A program made the position numbers and the translations under genes. The notes below the pieces were generated by a model. The model was given only the letters and a program-made list of their open reading frames with translations. It ran no database searches and had not been told where the DNA came from. A stretch of DNA of 64,000 nt, from assembly GCA_000320545.1 (NCBI GenBank), contig ADNK01001883.1:42036-106035 (forward strand), read 5' to 3'. How positions within the stretch are numbered: position 1 is the first letter of the stretch; each line of letters opens with the position of its first letter. Shown here one piece after another: positions 1 through 12,841 of this stretch. Source of the stretch: Bigelowiella natans CCMP2755 (taxonomy: Eukaryota; Protista; Cercozoa).

Positions 1-707
1 TATATATTTACAAAACTAAATAATGTCTATAGCAAAAATGAAATTTGATTGTGAGCCAGGTGATACCCATGACAACATCGAGTCCCGTTTTGCGGCGAAT
101 CAGTAAAGTGGTTTGGTGCCCCAACGAAATCTACGAATTACACGGCATGACATCACATATCGATTGAAGTTGGAGCGTGCATGTATATACTTACAATATC
201 TCCATCCTTTAGTTGCATCCTCGACGAGTTGCTTACCACGCTGATGGTAAAAGTTGATAGCGTCAAACACAGAATTTCGCTTTCTGATTGTTTGCACACT
301 TGATATTTTGCGGCTGTACCCATTCACACTCAATCTATGCCGACCAAAGTTCTCGATTCGAAGTCCTTTCCAGATCTAGATAGAACAGAGATATGCTCAT
401 GTCCACATTGGTATTTTGCGCTATACCGTTTGGTAAATCGCATTTTCCATCCATATTAGCACATACGCAGCTTGCGTGTATTTGGTGGAGCCACAAAAAC
501 CTTGAAATGCTTTCCAGATACGCCTTTATCGGTCCTTATGAAGATATCGTTCGACCGACTCCTACCTCCAGTGTAACTAAGCCAAACATCATCAACTTAT
601 AAGACGCATCAACGGCATTTATACTAAGATCAGCTCGGTTACCTTTTATTTGGGTCGACAACTATCTCTGTGACTGCCCCCTGCCCCCTAACCTTGTATG
701 CAGGCAT
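1..707 (-). CDS. FHA-domain protein, 5' part (possibly NBS1/nibrin-like); gene continues past window start
   Basis: ATG at 707. Exon 707-643, GT-AG intron 642-577 and the exon from 576 give MPAYKVRGQGAVTEIVVDPNKSYTGGRSRSNDIFIRTDKGVSGKHFKVF; the next exon gives LRIENFGRHRLSVNG. GR..NDI..D..VS..H and VNG are FHA hallmarks, and DKGVS.xH resembles the plant NBS1 N-terminus. The ORF track misses it because of splicing. Confidence 0.7.
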
Positions 708-1040
708 TGCTGAGTGGCAGCGGTGGGGGCAGCTTCTGGGGCGTGGAGATTGATTTACACGTGGCAGAGAATTTGTTTAGGGAAAAAGGCGAAATTAGCC
801 AAATTTGCACAAGTCTCAGTTAATTTTCGCATAAAATGCCCTCATTTTCTACCTAAAACTTCATTTATTGCCATAGTATTTCCCGAGATATTAGGCTGCT
901 GGTACATTCGAACATTGAACTTAGCGTTTGAGTATGGATTGCGCCGCTTCGAGTTTAGTATGTCAACAAGATTGTTGTCGCAGGAACGAAATCACATGGA
1001 ATTTCGATGATAAATTCCATTTTCTCATCGGGCACAAACA

Positions 1041-2324
1041 ATGGCATCCGACGACCTGGTAGATATTTGCAAAGAAGCAAAGCTCTCAGACATCGTGGAA
1101 CCTCTCGTCGGCGCCGGGATACTGACCCCAACGAAACTTCTTGCGGCACTCAAAGCGGAGAATGGAGAGCAGTGCGAGGTGATTAAGTCCCTGAAACCCG
1201 GACACAAGGCCCGCCTTCTGAAATCTCTGCACGCCTTTCTCGAGACACAGAAGGATACGGCGGACAGCGCTGGAAATGCGGAAACAGAGAAGGCGAAAAA
1301 GAAAGTCGATGGGAAAGAGGATGGCAGAAAATCCTTGAGCACCGGAGACCCATCCTTTCTGTCCGAATCTCGCACCAAAATGTATAGGAAGCATAGAGGA
1401 AAAGTCTACGCGTTGGACTGGGTCGACAACGACAGACTGGCGTCAGCTGCACAGGATGGCAAGGCAGTTGTCGTCAATGTAGTAACCGGTGAGAATGAGA
1501 AAGTAATAAACTTGAGTTCTTCTTGGGTGATGGCTGTAGGAGCGAGCCCTAACGGCAAGCGCGTCGCTACCGGTGGCCTAGACAATATGGTCACGGTCAG
1601 AGACGAAGACCACGACGAATCAATCGAACTTAAAGGCCACCAGGGCTACATATCATGCATCAAGTTCGAATCGGACGTCTCGGTATGGTCGTGCAGTGGC
1701 GACAAAACGATTAGAAAGTATGACTGTGACACGAAGACCAACACTGCCACACTGGAGGGGCACAGCGCAGACGTGATGAGTATCGACATTGACCATCAAC
1801 GTGGGCTGATAGTTTCCGGGGGTTGCGACCACACTGTTAAGATATGGGGAATGCAAGATGGGAAGTGCGTCAAGAGCCTAAGCTGTGGCAGTAGTGATAT
1901 TAATTCTGTTACCTTCGCAAAGGAAGCGGGGTACGTTGCGGCTGTCAACGATGGTGGAGAGCTATTCGTCTACGACAAAGACTATAAGGCACTAATAGAA
2001 GGAGGGAAATTAAAAATCTCGGAGTCTTCCTGCAATTCAGTTGCTATCTCATCAAACGGAAAGATGGTATACGTCGGATGCAGCGATTCCAAAGTGGTGG
2101 CATACAACGTCGAAAGCGGAGAAGTTCAAACACTGATGCATGAGACCGACAGGATATCCAAAGTCAGCATCTCCCCCGACGGAGCCAGCCTCGCAATTGC
2201 ATCGTGGAGCACCTGTATAAGTATCTGCTCAATTAGAGAAGATATAGTCAAAAAGTTCCCTCCCAAGGGGGGGGCAGAAGACAGCAACGACTCCCCGTGC
2301 TCGAGCTCTGATGAAGCTATGTAA
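1041..2324 (+). CDS. Intronless G-protein beta-subunit-like WD40 protein with N-terminal SAM-like domain (copy 1)
   Basis: 427 aa. KVYALDW..LASAAQDGK, SSWVMA..SPNG..VATGGLDN, ELKGHQGYISCIKF, GHSADVMS, VSGGCD, SDINSV and RISKVSISPDG..LAIASW align motif-by-motif with canonical Gbeta. Residues ~1-65 end in LKPGHKARLLKSL, which is SAM helix-5-like. Confidence 0.9.
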   Translation: MASDDLVDICKEAKLSDIVEPLVGAGILTPTKLLAALKAENGEQCEVIKSLKPGHKARLLKSLHAFLETQKDTADSAGNAETEKAKKKVDGKEDGRKSLSTGDPSFLSESRTKMYRKHRGKVYALDWVDNDRLASAAQDGKAVVVNVVTGENEKVINLSSSWVMAVGASPNGKRVATGGLDNMVTVRDEDHDESIELKGHQGYISCIKFESDVSVWSCSGDKTIRKYDCDTKTNTATLEGHSADVMSIDIDHQRGLIVSGGCDHTVKIWGMQDGKCVKSLSCGSSDINSVTFAKEAGYVAAVNDGGELFVYDKDYKALIEGGKLKISESSCNSVAISSNGKMVYVGCSDSKVVAYNVESGEVQTLMHETDRISKVSISPDGASLAIASWSTCISICSIREDIVKKFPPKGGAEDSNDSPCSSSDEAM

Positions 2325-3396
2325 GGACTTTTCGGAGACGACGATTGATCTCAAACGCCATTATCCCCCTTCATCTGTACTCATACTATGCACAAGTGTT
2401 GCACGAGATGCCCCCTTCCCGAAACTCCCTTGCTGAATTGTATTTTAACCGTTGTGTACATATAACAATCACATGTACATGTGCATGATACATATAACAG
2501 ACACAAGGAATCTGCCATTCATGTAAGCAAATATATGACTGATTTCATGTCTATTATTAAACCGCATGTGCATGCAGCCTAATTCAAAAACAAAACATGC
2601 GTGTTATATCATCTGTGTATTGTGCACGTGCTGCCCGATTTTGCACACGATACCAACCTTATAGCTTAGAGCCCGCGCGGAGCGATCTAGTGATGCAATA
2701 TTTTTTTGCCAAATACATAACATGTAGTGGATGAACAGTAGATCAGCTGCGCAGTGCTCGTGGCATGTCGCAACAATGAATGCTACAGCTAGAGTCACTG
2801 TATTACATGCTAGCATGCTAGCATGGCTATATGGCGCTGGCGAACCTTGCAACGTCACATACGCAAGCGACTTTTAGGATAACAACTGAAAAGATTTCAA
2901 TGATTCACTACGTCTGTCTCCGCGTATATATAGGCGAGCAATTTTATAGGGGGCTCTACTTATGCGACACAGATGGGAGCTGTTTCTGTCCTGGATAAGG
3001 GCATAGCATAGTAAGCAGCCAGCATACAGCAGGTTGAAGTTGTGGCATTCCTTTGGATTGTATGAACTACTCTAGTACTAATAAAAAGCGCTTGAATCGA
3101 GGAGCCCAACTCATACATCACAGGGTTGCACATGTAAACGAGGTGATTTTGGAGGCACATAGCCAAGCATAGAACATAATGTAATGCAATGAACGCCGGA
3201 TGGAACATATGAGCAATGTATACATGTCCACCACTAGCAGCAGTACACCGTAGTTTAAACACCATGCATGAATAAGCGGATGCATTTAGATGATATAATT
3301 GTTAGTCTTCATTTCTTCAAACTTCAAATGATTTTGTGTCACTCGGTTACAACTCATGTGGCGCATGTCACCATGACCGTTGTGTACAAACAAACG

Positions 3397-3654
3397 CTAC
3401 ATCCGAGATTCGATGACCCTCTTGCGCAGTTCCTCCGGCCATGTCGTCAAGAAAGGATTTCCAGTTATTTCGAGCCTCGTTAGTGATTTCAGGTGTTTCA
3501 ATTCAGAAGGGACATCTTCGAGCAGATTCTTCGCCAAATCAAGTTCCTCAAGTTTGGCTAAACTACCCATTTCCTTGGGAAGAAAAGTGAGCTCGTTGAC
3601 GCGGAGCACGAGCTTCTTCAAATTGCTTAGCCTCCCTATCTTTCGTGGAACTTT
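3397..3654 (-). pseudogene. Orphan duplicated last exon of the Clu-LRR gene
   Basis: Identical to 6277-6534 but cut at the duplication junction, so it lacks its splice acceptor. The ORF-track start at 3690 is a GTG in promoter sequence. Confidence 0.85.
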
Positions 3655-3920
3655 GTTTAGGGAAAAAGGCGAAATTAGCCAAATTTGCACAAGTCTCAGT
3701 TAATTTTCGCATAAAATGCCCTCATTTTCTACCTAAAACTTCATTTATTGCCATAGTATTTCCCGAGATATTAGGCTGCTGGTACATTCGAACATTGAAC
3801 TTAGCGTTTGAGTATGGATTGCGCCGCTTCGAGTTTAGTATGTCAACAAGATTGTTGTCGCAGGAACGAAATCACATGGAATTTCGATGATAAATTCCAT
3901 TTTCTCATCGGGCACAAACA

Positions 3921-5204
3921 ATGGCATCCGACGACCTGGTAGATATTTGCAAAGAAGCAAAGCTCTCAGACATCGTGGAACCTCTCGTCGGCGCCGGGAT
4001 ACTGACCCCAACGAAACTTCTTGCGGCACTCAAAGCGGAGAATGGAGAGCAGTGCGAGGTGATTAAGTCCCTGAAACCCGGACACAAGGCCCGCCTTCTG
4101 AAATCTCTGCACGCCTTTCTCGAGACACAGAAGGATACGGCGGACAGCGCTGGAAATGCGGAAACAGAGAAGGCGAAAAAGAAAGTCGATGGGAAAGAGG
4201 ATGGCAGAAAATCCTTGAGCACCGGAGACCCATCCTTTCTGTCCGAATCTCGCACCAAAATGTATAGGAAGCATAGAGGAAAAGTCTACGCGTTGGACTG
4301 GGTCGACAACGACAGACTGGCGTCAGCTGCACAGGATGGCAAGGCAGTTGTCGTCAATGTAGTAACCGGTGAGAATGAGAAAGTAATAAACTTGAGTTCT
4401 TCTTGGGTGATGGCTGTAGGAGCGAGCCCTAACGGCAAGCGCGTCGCTACCGGTGGCCTAGACAATATGGTCACGGTCAGAGACGAAGACCACGACGAAT
4501 CAATCGAACTTAAAGGCCACCAGGGCTACATATCATGCATCAAGTTCGAATCGGACGTCTCGGTATGGTCGTGCAGTGGCGACAAAACGATTAGAAAGTA
4601 TGACTGTGACACGAAGACCAACACTGCCACACTGGAGGGGCACAGCGCAGACGTGATGAGTATCGACATTGACCATCAACGTGGGCTGATAGTTTCCGGG
4701 GGTTGCGACCACACTGTTAAGATATGGGGAATGCAAGATGGGAAGTGCGTCAAGAGCCTAAGCTGTGGCAGTAGTGATATTAATTCTGTTACCTTCGCAA
4801 AGGAAGCGGGGTACGTTGCGGCTGTCAACGATGGTGGAGAGCTATTCGTCTACGACAAAGACTATAAGGCACTAATAGAAGGAGGGAAATTAAAAATCTC
4901 GGAGTCTTCCTGCAATTCAGTTGCTATCTCATCAAACGGAAAGATGGTATACGTCGGATGCAGCGATTCCAAAGTGGTGGCATACAACGTCGAAAGCGGA
5001 GAAGTTCAAACACTGATGCATGAGACCGACAGGATATCCAAAGTCAGCATCTCCCCCGACGGAGCCAGCCTCGCAATTGCATCGTGGAGCACCTGTATAA
5101 GTATCTGCTCAATTAGAGAAGATATAGTCAAAAAGTTCCCTCCCAAGGGGGGGGCAGAAGACAGCAACGACTCCCCGTGCTCGAGCTCTGATGAAGCTAT
5201 GTAA
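3921..5204 (+). CDS. SAM-like + Gbeta-like WD40 protein (copy 2)
   Basis: Translation is identical to 1041-2324. Confidence 0.9.
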   Translation: MASDDLVDICKEAKLSDIVEPLVGAGILTPTKLLAALKAENGEQCEVIKSLKPGHKARLLKSLHAFLETQKDTADSAGNAETEKAKKKVDGKEDGRKSLSTGDPSFLSESRTKMYRKHRGKVYALDWVDNDRLASAAQDGKAVVVNVVTGENEKVINLSSSWVMAVGASPNGKRVATGGLDNMVTVRDEDHDESIELKGHQGYISCIKFESDVSVWSCSGDKTIRKYDCDTKTNTATLEGHSADVMSIDIDHQRGLIVSGGCDHTVKIWGMQDGKCVKSLSCGSSDINSVTFAKEAGYVAAVNDGGELFVYDKDYKALIEGGKLKISESSCNSVAISSNGKMVYVGCSDSKVVAYNVESGEVQTLMHETDRISKVSISPDGASLAIASWSTCISICSIREDIVKKFPPKGGAEDSNDSPCSSSDEAM

Positions 5205-6276
5205 GGACTTTTCGGAGACGACGATTGATCTCAAACGCCATTATCCCCCTTCATCTGTACTCATACTATGCACAAGTGTTGCACGAGATGCCCCCTTCCC
5301 GAAACTCCCTTGCTGAATTGTATTTTAACCGTTGTGTACATATAACAATCACATGTACATGTGCATGATACATATAACAGACACAAGGAATCTGCCATTC
5401 ATGTAAGCAAATATATGACTGATTTCATGTCTATTATTAAACCGCATGTGCATGCAGCCTAATTCAAAAACAAAACATGCGTGTTATATCATCTGTGTAT
5501 TGTGCACGTGCTGCCCGATTTTGCACACGATACCAACCTTATAGCTTAGAGCCCGCGCGGAGCGATCTAGTGATGCAATATTTTTTTGCCAAATACATAA
5601 CATGTAGTGGATGAACAGTAGATCAGCTGCGCAGTGCTCGTGGCATGTCGCAACAATGAATGCTACAGCTAGAGTCACTGTATTACATGCTAGCATGCTA
5701 GCATGGCTATATGGCGCTGGCGAACCTTGCAACGTCACATACGCAAGCGACTTTTAGGATAACAACTGAAAAGATTTCAATGATTCACTACGTCTGTCTC
5801 CGCGTATATATAGGCGAGCAATTTTATAGGGGGCTCTACTTATGCGACACAGATGGGAGCTGTTTCTGTCCTGGATAAGGGCATAGCATAGTAAGCAGCC
5901 AGCATACAGCAGGTTGAAGTTGTGGCATTCCTTTGGATTGTATGAACTACTCTAGTACTAATAAAAAGCGCTTGAATCGAGGAGCCCAACTCATACATCA
6001 CAGGGTTGCACATGTAAACGAGGTGATTTTGGAGGCACATAGCCAAGCATAGAACATAATGTAATGCAATGAACGCCGGATGGAACATATGAGCAATGTA
6101 TACATGTCCACCACTAGCAGCAGTACACCGTAGTTTAAACACCATGCATGAATAAGCGGATGCATTTAGATGATATAATTGTTAGTCTTCATTTCTTCAA
6201 ACTTCAAATGATTTTGTGTCACTCGGTTACAACTCATGTGGCGCATGTCACCATGACCGTTGTGTACAAACAAACG

Positions 6277-7393
6277 CTACATCCGAGATTCGATGACCCT
6301 CTTGCGCAGTTCCTCCGGCCATGTCGTCAAGAAAGGATTTCCAGTTATTTCGAGCCTCGTTAGTGATTTCAGGTGTTTCAATTCAGAAGGGACATCTTCG
6401 AGCAGATTCTTCGCCAAATCAAGTTCCTCAAGTTTGGCTAAACTACCCATTTCCTTGGGAAGAAAAGTGAGCTCGTTGACGCGGAGCACGAGCTTCTTCA
6501 AATTGCTTAGCCTCCCTATCTTTCGTGGAACTTTCACGAGCTTTTAATAAAAAAAAACAAATATGTGTCAATTTGAGGATTGTTTTGAGTTGTATCCCCC
6601 CCTGTTGGCGAGAATAGCAGGAAATATACATATGAGCACAATGTGCACGTGCTATCTGCTCTTCCGGCACGATCTCAAACGCTTTGGGTGAGGATGGCTG
6701 TAGATGATGATGATGGAAATACTGTAATGCGTCTACAAAACTAAGTGGTTGAAACTACAGGTGTCCAATGAGCTACCTTGTTCATGTGCAGCTCGAGAAC
6801 TGTCAAAGACTTTAATCTGCCTAAGGACGAGAAGTCATTCATTGTGAATAGAAATTGGAACCAGACACGAGTGAGCACAAATATCTGGCTTTATCAGGTA
6901 GGCCTTTTCCAGTTGCCCCTCTCCTCCCCCTTCTGCGGTGTGTGGCTGTGTGTGTGTGTCCGCGCGTGTGCGCATGCTCCTTGCTCACCTATTTCATTCG
7001 GTAGAAATGAGATCCTGTTGCCTTCCAAGCACAGAATTTCAAGCCTAAAGTAGCGTAGAAAGGTTGCACACATCAAATTCGTTTTGAAACGATTCTCTCG
7101 AGCATCAGCGACAAAGCTGTTTCTATCTCGGGTATTTGGCGCCCGAGGAAGCACCATGAAGCAGGACTCCACAGAGCGCACAGTCGCTGGGAGCGTGTTG
7201 TTGCTGCTCAACCAGGATATGCCTCGCTGTTTGAGAAAACCAGGCGAGAATAGCCCAGAAGCTCGACGATAGTTTTCCCGTTTCCATTCTTCCTCTCCCC
7301 TCCCCTCCGAAGCTTCCTCGTTTCTACGAAGCCTCTCTTAGTCGGTACATATCTTCTTGTGAGGGCACTCAGAACTACTGCCATAACTACTAT

Positions 7394-7432
<39 letters not shown>

Positions 7433-7724
7433 AATTAGCACTACTTCTGTAACTCGCCAATCCGGTTCGGAAGTGCGCGCAGGCAGTTGTGGTAAAGCTC
7501 AAGATGCCGCAATTCGGTGAGGAAGCCTGACAGGGTGGAAGGGGGGGGGAGAGTTCAGTGGATGCTGTTTTCACAAAGCATAGGCGAAGGAGCTTATATG
7601 ACCGATTTCATCGGGAAGTTCCTCTAGTTGATTCGCATACCTAAGAACCAACACACGAATCAAGCTGTTAGCAAACGCTGAATGAATCTCCGCGAGGAAA
7701 TATACAGGTAGATAGAAACAAACC

Positions 7725-7770
<46 letters not shown>

Positions 7771-7974
7771 TCTCGCGTATTCTTACAGATCTAATTTCTC
7801 CAAGAAGCGAAGGTTTCCGATATAGGGCGGAAGGCTTTTGAGCTCATTCTTTGCCAGAGTGAGTGACTTGAGGCCCGTCAGCTTGCCGATGGTGCTCGGC
7901 AATTGCGAGATGTAGTTGTCGGATACCTGATTCGAGGCAGGTCAGAATATTAGTTTTGTGCTGCATATATATAT

Positions 7975-8014
<40 letters not shown>

Positions 8015-8252
8015 AATATATATATCGACATGAGTCCGCCCACGCAACAACACAAAATGAATAGTACATCGAGCTCCTGCAGCCACGTGAGATCGGTGAT
8101 GTTGTGGTAGAGTTCTTTCAGGTGATTTCGCTGTGCGCGTAGGATTTTGAGGCTGCGGCATCGCCCGACGCAGGTGGGCAGCGACTGGACCTCATTACCG
8201 CTCACGTCGAGTCTGTTGTTGGTGAAGATGAACGAGTAGTAAGAGGAGGATA

Positions 8253-8293
<41 letters not shown>

Positions 8294-10419
8294 ATATTAT
8301 ATCGAATTATATGATATGAAAGCAAGAAAATATAGTACATCTCAAGCCTGCGACAATGCACGATCGTTTCCGGAATTTCTTCCAGGTTGTTCGAGGAAAC
8401 ATCCAGGAAATGGAGTCTGTGAAGACCGCCAATTTCGTCCGGCAATTCGCGCAAGCGATTCCCCGATATGTCAAGCTTTCTGAGTGCTTTTAGGTCGCTA
8501 ATAGAGGCCGGGAGCGAGTCGATGAAGTTCCCGGAGAGACGCAGAAATCTAAAAAGACAGGCAAGTATTTTATCACTGATAACGTTGATCAACGACACCA
8601 CCAAGGACACCGCGCCCTCTCGTCACTGTCTTTCATCATTAACACAACAAACAATTGCAGCAGCAGCAGTAACAACAAGAGGAGGAAAGAGCAGAGCAAC
8701 GCACTCGAGTGAAGGCAAGTCGGGGAATCGCTCCGGAAGCTTTCGTATCACATTGTACGATAAGTCGAGCCACTCCAACGCCCCAAGCCCCTCCCCATCA
8801 AAGGCCCCTTCGGTAACTTCTGCGATGGCGTTAAACGACAGATCGAGTCTCTGGAGCTTGGAGAGGCTCCTCAGCATCCGTGGCACGGTGGCGAACTCGT
8901 TGTCCGATAAGTTTAATGACAAAAGGGATAATGCCCAGCAAGCGCTACCACTGCTGCTGCTGCTGCTACGGTTGCTGTCGTTGTTATCACCACTACCATC
9001 AGCTGGATCTTGAGTAGGAGGAGTAGGGGTGGGAGGGGGAGGACAAGAAGGAGAAGCCGCAGCGGCATCCTAAATACAATCCAGAAAGTTTGGAAGAAAT
9101 AATGATGACGATGAAGCCCTTTTCGGTAACATATATGTATGTGTATTGTATAGATGCACGTATAGATGAATGTGTTTACGGGTGGTTGAGAGACAATGGC
9201 AGCAACACAGGTATATATCGGCGAGCGCCTGCTGTGTCGCTCTCGTGGAATGGCCACGATTGGTGTTGCGTGACGAGGACCGACGATGATGGCGGTGACG
9301 ACGATGACGACGGAAAAACACATCAACCTGTTTTCTTGTTGTCTTTAAGTCTTCGTTACGACAAAGGGGCTTCTTGCGATTGGTCAGCTTGGTGCTGCTG
9401 GCACTGCTACTCTTGCCACTGCTATCACTACAATTACTACCACGGTTATCAATGCCAGTGCCAGTGCCCGAGATAAGCCCTGTGATGTAGTTTCCGCTCA
9501 CATCGATCGATTCAAGTCGGGGCAGGGTGTAAAAGGACGCTGGAAAGCTTGTGAGTCTATTATCACTTAAATCCACGTGCCTGAGTCCCTGCATGAAACC
9601 AATGGAAGGGGGGAGGCTCTTTATGTCTGCCGCCTTGATTCGTAGCTTCTCCCTGGCCTCCAGGAGCTCTCGGCGGAGGAGCTGCAGAATCTTGCGCGAA
9701 AGGTTGGCGGCCCTGGCACTTGAGCAGCTGCTCGTCGCCCCTGCCGTGCTGTTGTCCTCGCCAGCGCCTGCGGCCAAGATGCGAAGTATCCGTAGCACTT
9801 CCAAATCTGCATCGAAGAATGGGGAGGGCGATGAGGATGACAACGACGATGGCGACCTGTGAGTCGGCGCCGCTACTCCTACGGCGGCTCCCGCAAGCTT
9901 GATGAGGGGCGGCATCAGTTTCCGGAGGGTTCCATATCCAAGTGCATCTGGGTCGCCGACTCGCCTTGTGAGCAGCTCCTCCAAATTTGAGAGAAACCGC
10001 CAATCCTGTAGCAGCAGCCGCCCTTTTCTACTACTACTACCACTACTACTACTACGACTAGTTCGGGCTCCCAGGCCTTCTTCTCTGTTCGAGCTGTTTG
10101 TCCAGTCCCGAAGTGCCCGGAAAATCTGGCGCCTCTCCAACGCAGGCAAGGCTTTCACCCTGGCTCGAGCGCGCAGAAACTTGCCCGGTATGAGGTCCTT
10201 GGAGGGAACGATCCGTAGAACCTTCTGGAGCGCTGTGTCGGAGTACTTGGTCTCGCCCAGCTTCCGCCAGCATCTCTTTCCGACATCGATCCCTGTGGCG
10301 CTGAGAAGGCGGCTGAAGATCATTTCGCTTGATCTTCGGAGGAGCAGCTGCAGCTCTGTGGGCTGAAAAAGGCCGCGGGAGCACGGATGCAGCCACTGCA
10401 GATGTGCGTGCGAGCGTAT

Positions 10420-10481
<62 letters not shown>

Positions 10482-10518
10482 AGGATTGTAATTAAAAAGA
10501 TGTTTTATGAGGTGTGAT

Positions 10519-10557
<39 letters not shown>

Positions 10558-11107
10558 TTTGATATAGAGAGAGAATGGGAGGGGTGAAATCGAGCAGCCT
10601 TTAGAGGAGCAGAATCGAGTATAATGGTCGCAGTAGTAACATCGACATATTATCATCATCATCATCATCATCATCATCCTTTCGAGTGATACTACTACTA
10701 CTACTACTACTGCTGCTGCTGCTGATACTACTGCTACTACGCCTACCTCCCTTAGCGCAAGTTGCTTCTTCCGTAGAGGGAGCAGCGTCCTGTAGACCAG
10801 CTTGAGGTTTTTCTTCCTCTCCCGCACGGTCATCCTGCGACCTCGTTGCCGCTCAAAGCGCTTCACGTGCTCCTCCGGTGACCACGAGTCAGGGTTCTTC
10901 AGTTCCATCAAGCGGCACATCCGAGACACCGACTGCCCGGAGGGCGTGAGCAGCTCCTCATCGTTCTTGACCTGGATCTTCAGGCGCTCTGCCTCTTCGT
11001 GCACTACCACCTCTGACAGGTGGAGCAGCTGATGGGCGAGCTGGTGAGGCGGCCGTTGCTTTCCTCGGCCCGCGATGTATCTCTTTACATCGTGAGGATG
11101 CTGCTTG

Positions 11108-11143
<36 letters not shown>

Positions 11144-12791
11144 ATATTCTTCTCATCGTTAACGCTGCCGAGTCTGATCCCAAGACAGGCGGAGAGATAC
11201 TCAACTATTCTGATGACTCTCGCTTCTTCCGCTCCACGGCGACGCCGTCGTCGCCGTGGCACGAGTAGCCCGGGAGGCTGCTGCTGCTGTTGTTGTTGTT
11301 TTCCCTTGTTGCTACGAAGAGGGTTGCCTGGTTTGCTACCTAGCTGCTGATGCCTCTTGATCATGCTAAATGGGAAAAATGACAGTGAAGCAATGAATAC
11401 AATCAGCTTGTTGTGATGCAAATCAGAGCAGCGGCGGTACGGTCGCGCTTACATTCGTTAGAATATTACTAGCCGTCGGACTTAAATTTACCTGGTAGCA
11501 TCAGGCAGCGACTGCAACTGCTTCTTTACGTCCTCTTCTAGAGGCCGTAGCAGTCGCCGCCCTTTCCCGACTACTAATCCGTCTTTTACACCGGGGGATG
11601 TGATCATTCTTTGATGATCTTGCCGTAGTAGACCGTAAGTACCATCCTTGGTGCTTCTAGGGTTTCTTCCAAAGATACTGCTACTACTACTACCACTACC
11701 ACTACTACTATTACCATTTTTGTACTTGGGACTCAGCCCTTCTCTTGCTCTTTCCTCCATAGCTGCGGCAGCGGCAGCACCTCCAACCTCACACACCAGT
11801 GCTACAAGGCGACGGTGCGAGCCCAGCAGCTTCCATTGGTCGTTTGTGCTGAGGAAATGTTGGAAATAACCGAAGGCGGAGTGGATTTCCCTAGGCACTT
11901 GTCGCTTCCAAAACGCTTCGCCTGCATCGCGCGTGTGGCTCAGCGCCTGGTTCAGAAACGAGGCCAGAGCCGAAGGAAGAGACGGTGCGGATGCTGTTGT
12001 TGTTGATGATGATGATGATGATGACGACGACGACGAGGATTCTGGCATATCACATCCTCCTCCTTGTGCTGCCCGTGGTTGGCGGTGGTAGGAAGAGTTC
12101 CGCAAACGGCGCCTCAGCATCCGTTTAAGGGCGCGAAGGAGCAGCTCACAGCCGAATCGAGAACGTAGGCGGTAATCTGTGAAGCCTTTGTGCATTAATA
12201 CACGCCCGAGAAAGCGCACGGGAAGGCCAAAGCGATGCAACTCTGCTGATACGTCAAGGTCTAGCAGCCCCTCTCCCCACATGCGGTATGGAGTCTGTGC
12301 CTCGAGAGGGAGGAGGGAGGACGGTTGCAAGGGAGACGTCTTGTAGGCATTGCTGCTATTATCTCCTTCCTCACGTTTCATGCCATTAAAGTTTGGCCAT
12401 CCTCCCTTCCTCGCCCCTGCCTCCCCTATCGTTCCCGTTGTGATGACGCAGGAGACTCGCTCGCCAGACACGTTGCTCTCCGTGCCAGAGTGCAGCATCT
12501 CAACCGGGTGGGCGTTGGCCCTTTGGATAAGGGAGCTCACAAGTTTGTCCACCATTACCGACCCCATCAAGCCCGTGGCCGCTACGACGTCTCGCCGTAG
12601 GTCGGTGGATTTTGAACGACGCCTATCGCCATGGTGATGATGAAAAAATTGATGATGGTGATCAGAGCTGTCTTTCAGACGACCGAGCGAGGATCTCGAT
12701 CCCCTAGTAATACATGTAAGAATGGTAAGAGCAAGCAACAGGCGGATGATGTGGCGAACGCGGTGTTTGTACAATGATACTTTTGGAGCGC

Positions 12792-12841
<50 letters not shown>

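Larger units (their letters stand above)
772..6534. repeat. Tandem segmental duplication, unit 2,880 bp, two copies (772-3654 matches 3652-6534)
   Basis: Sequence and ORF-track entries recur at +2880 with no differences seen. The junction has TTT microhomology (772-774 = 3652-3654 = 6532-6534). Confidence 0.95.

Noticed and set aside
776-782. TTTAGGG telomere-like motif at the duplication breakpoint
   Set aside because: It is a single copy and expected by chance.
772-3654. Duplicated unit as a transposon or LTR element
   Set aside because: No transposase/RT, terminal inverted repeats or target-site duplication are visible, and it contains ordinary host gene parts.
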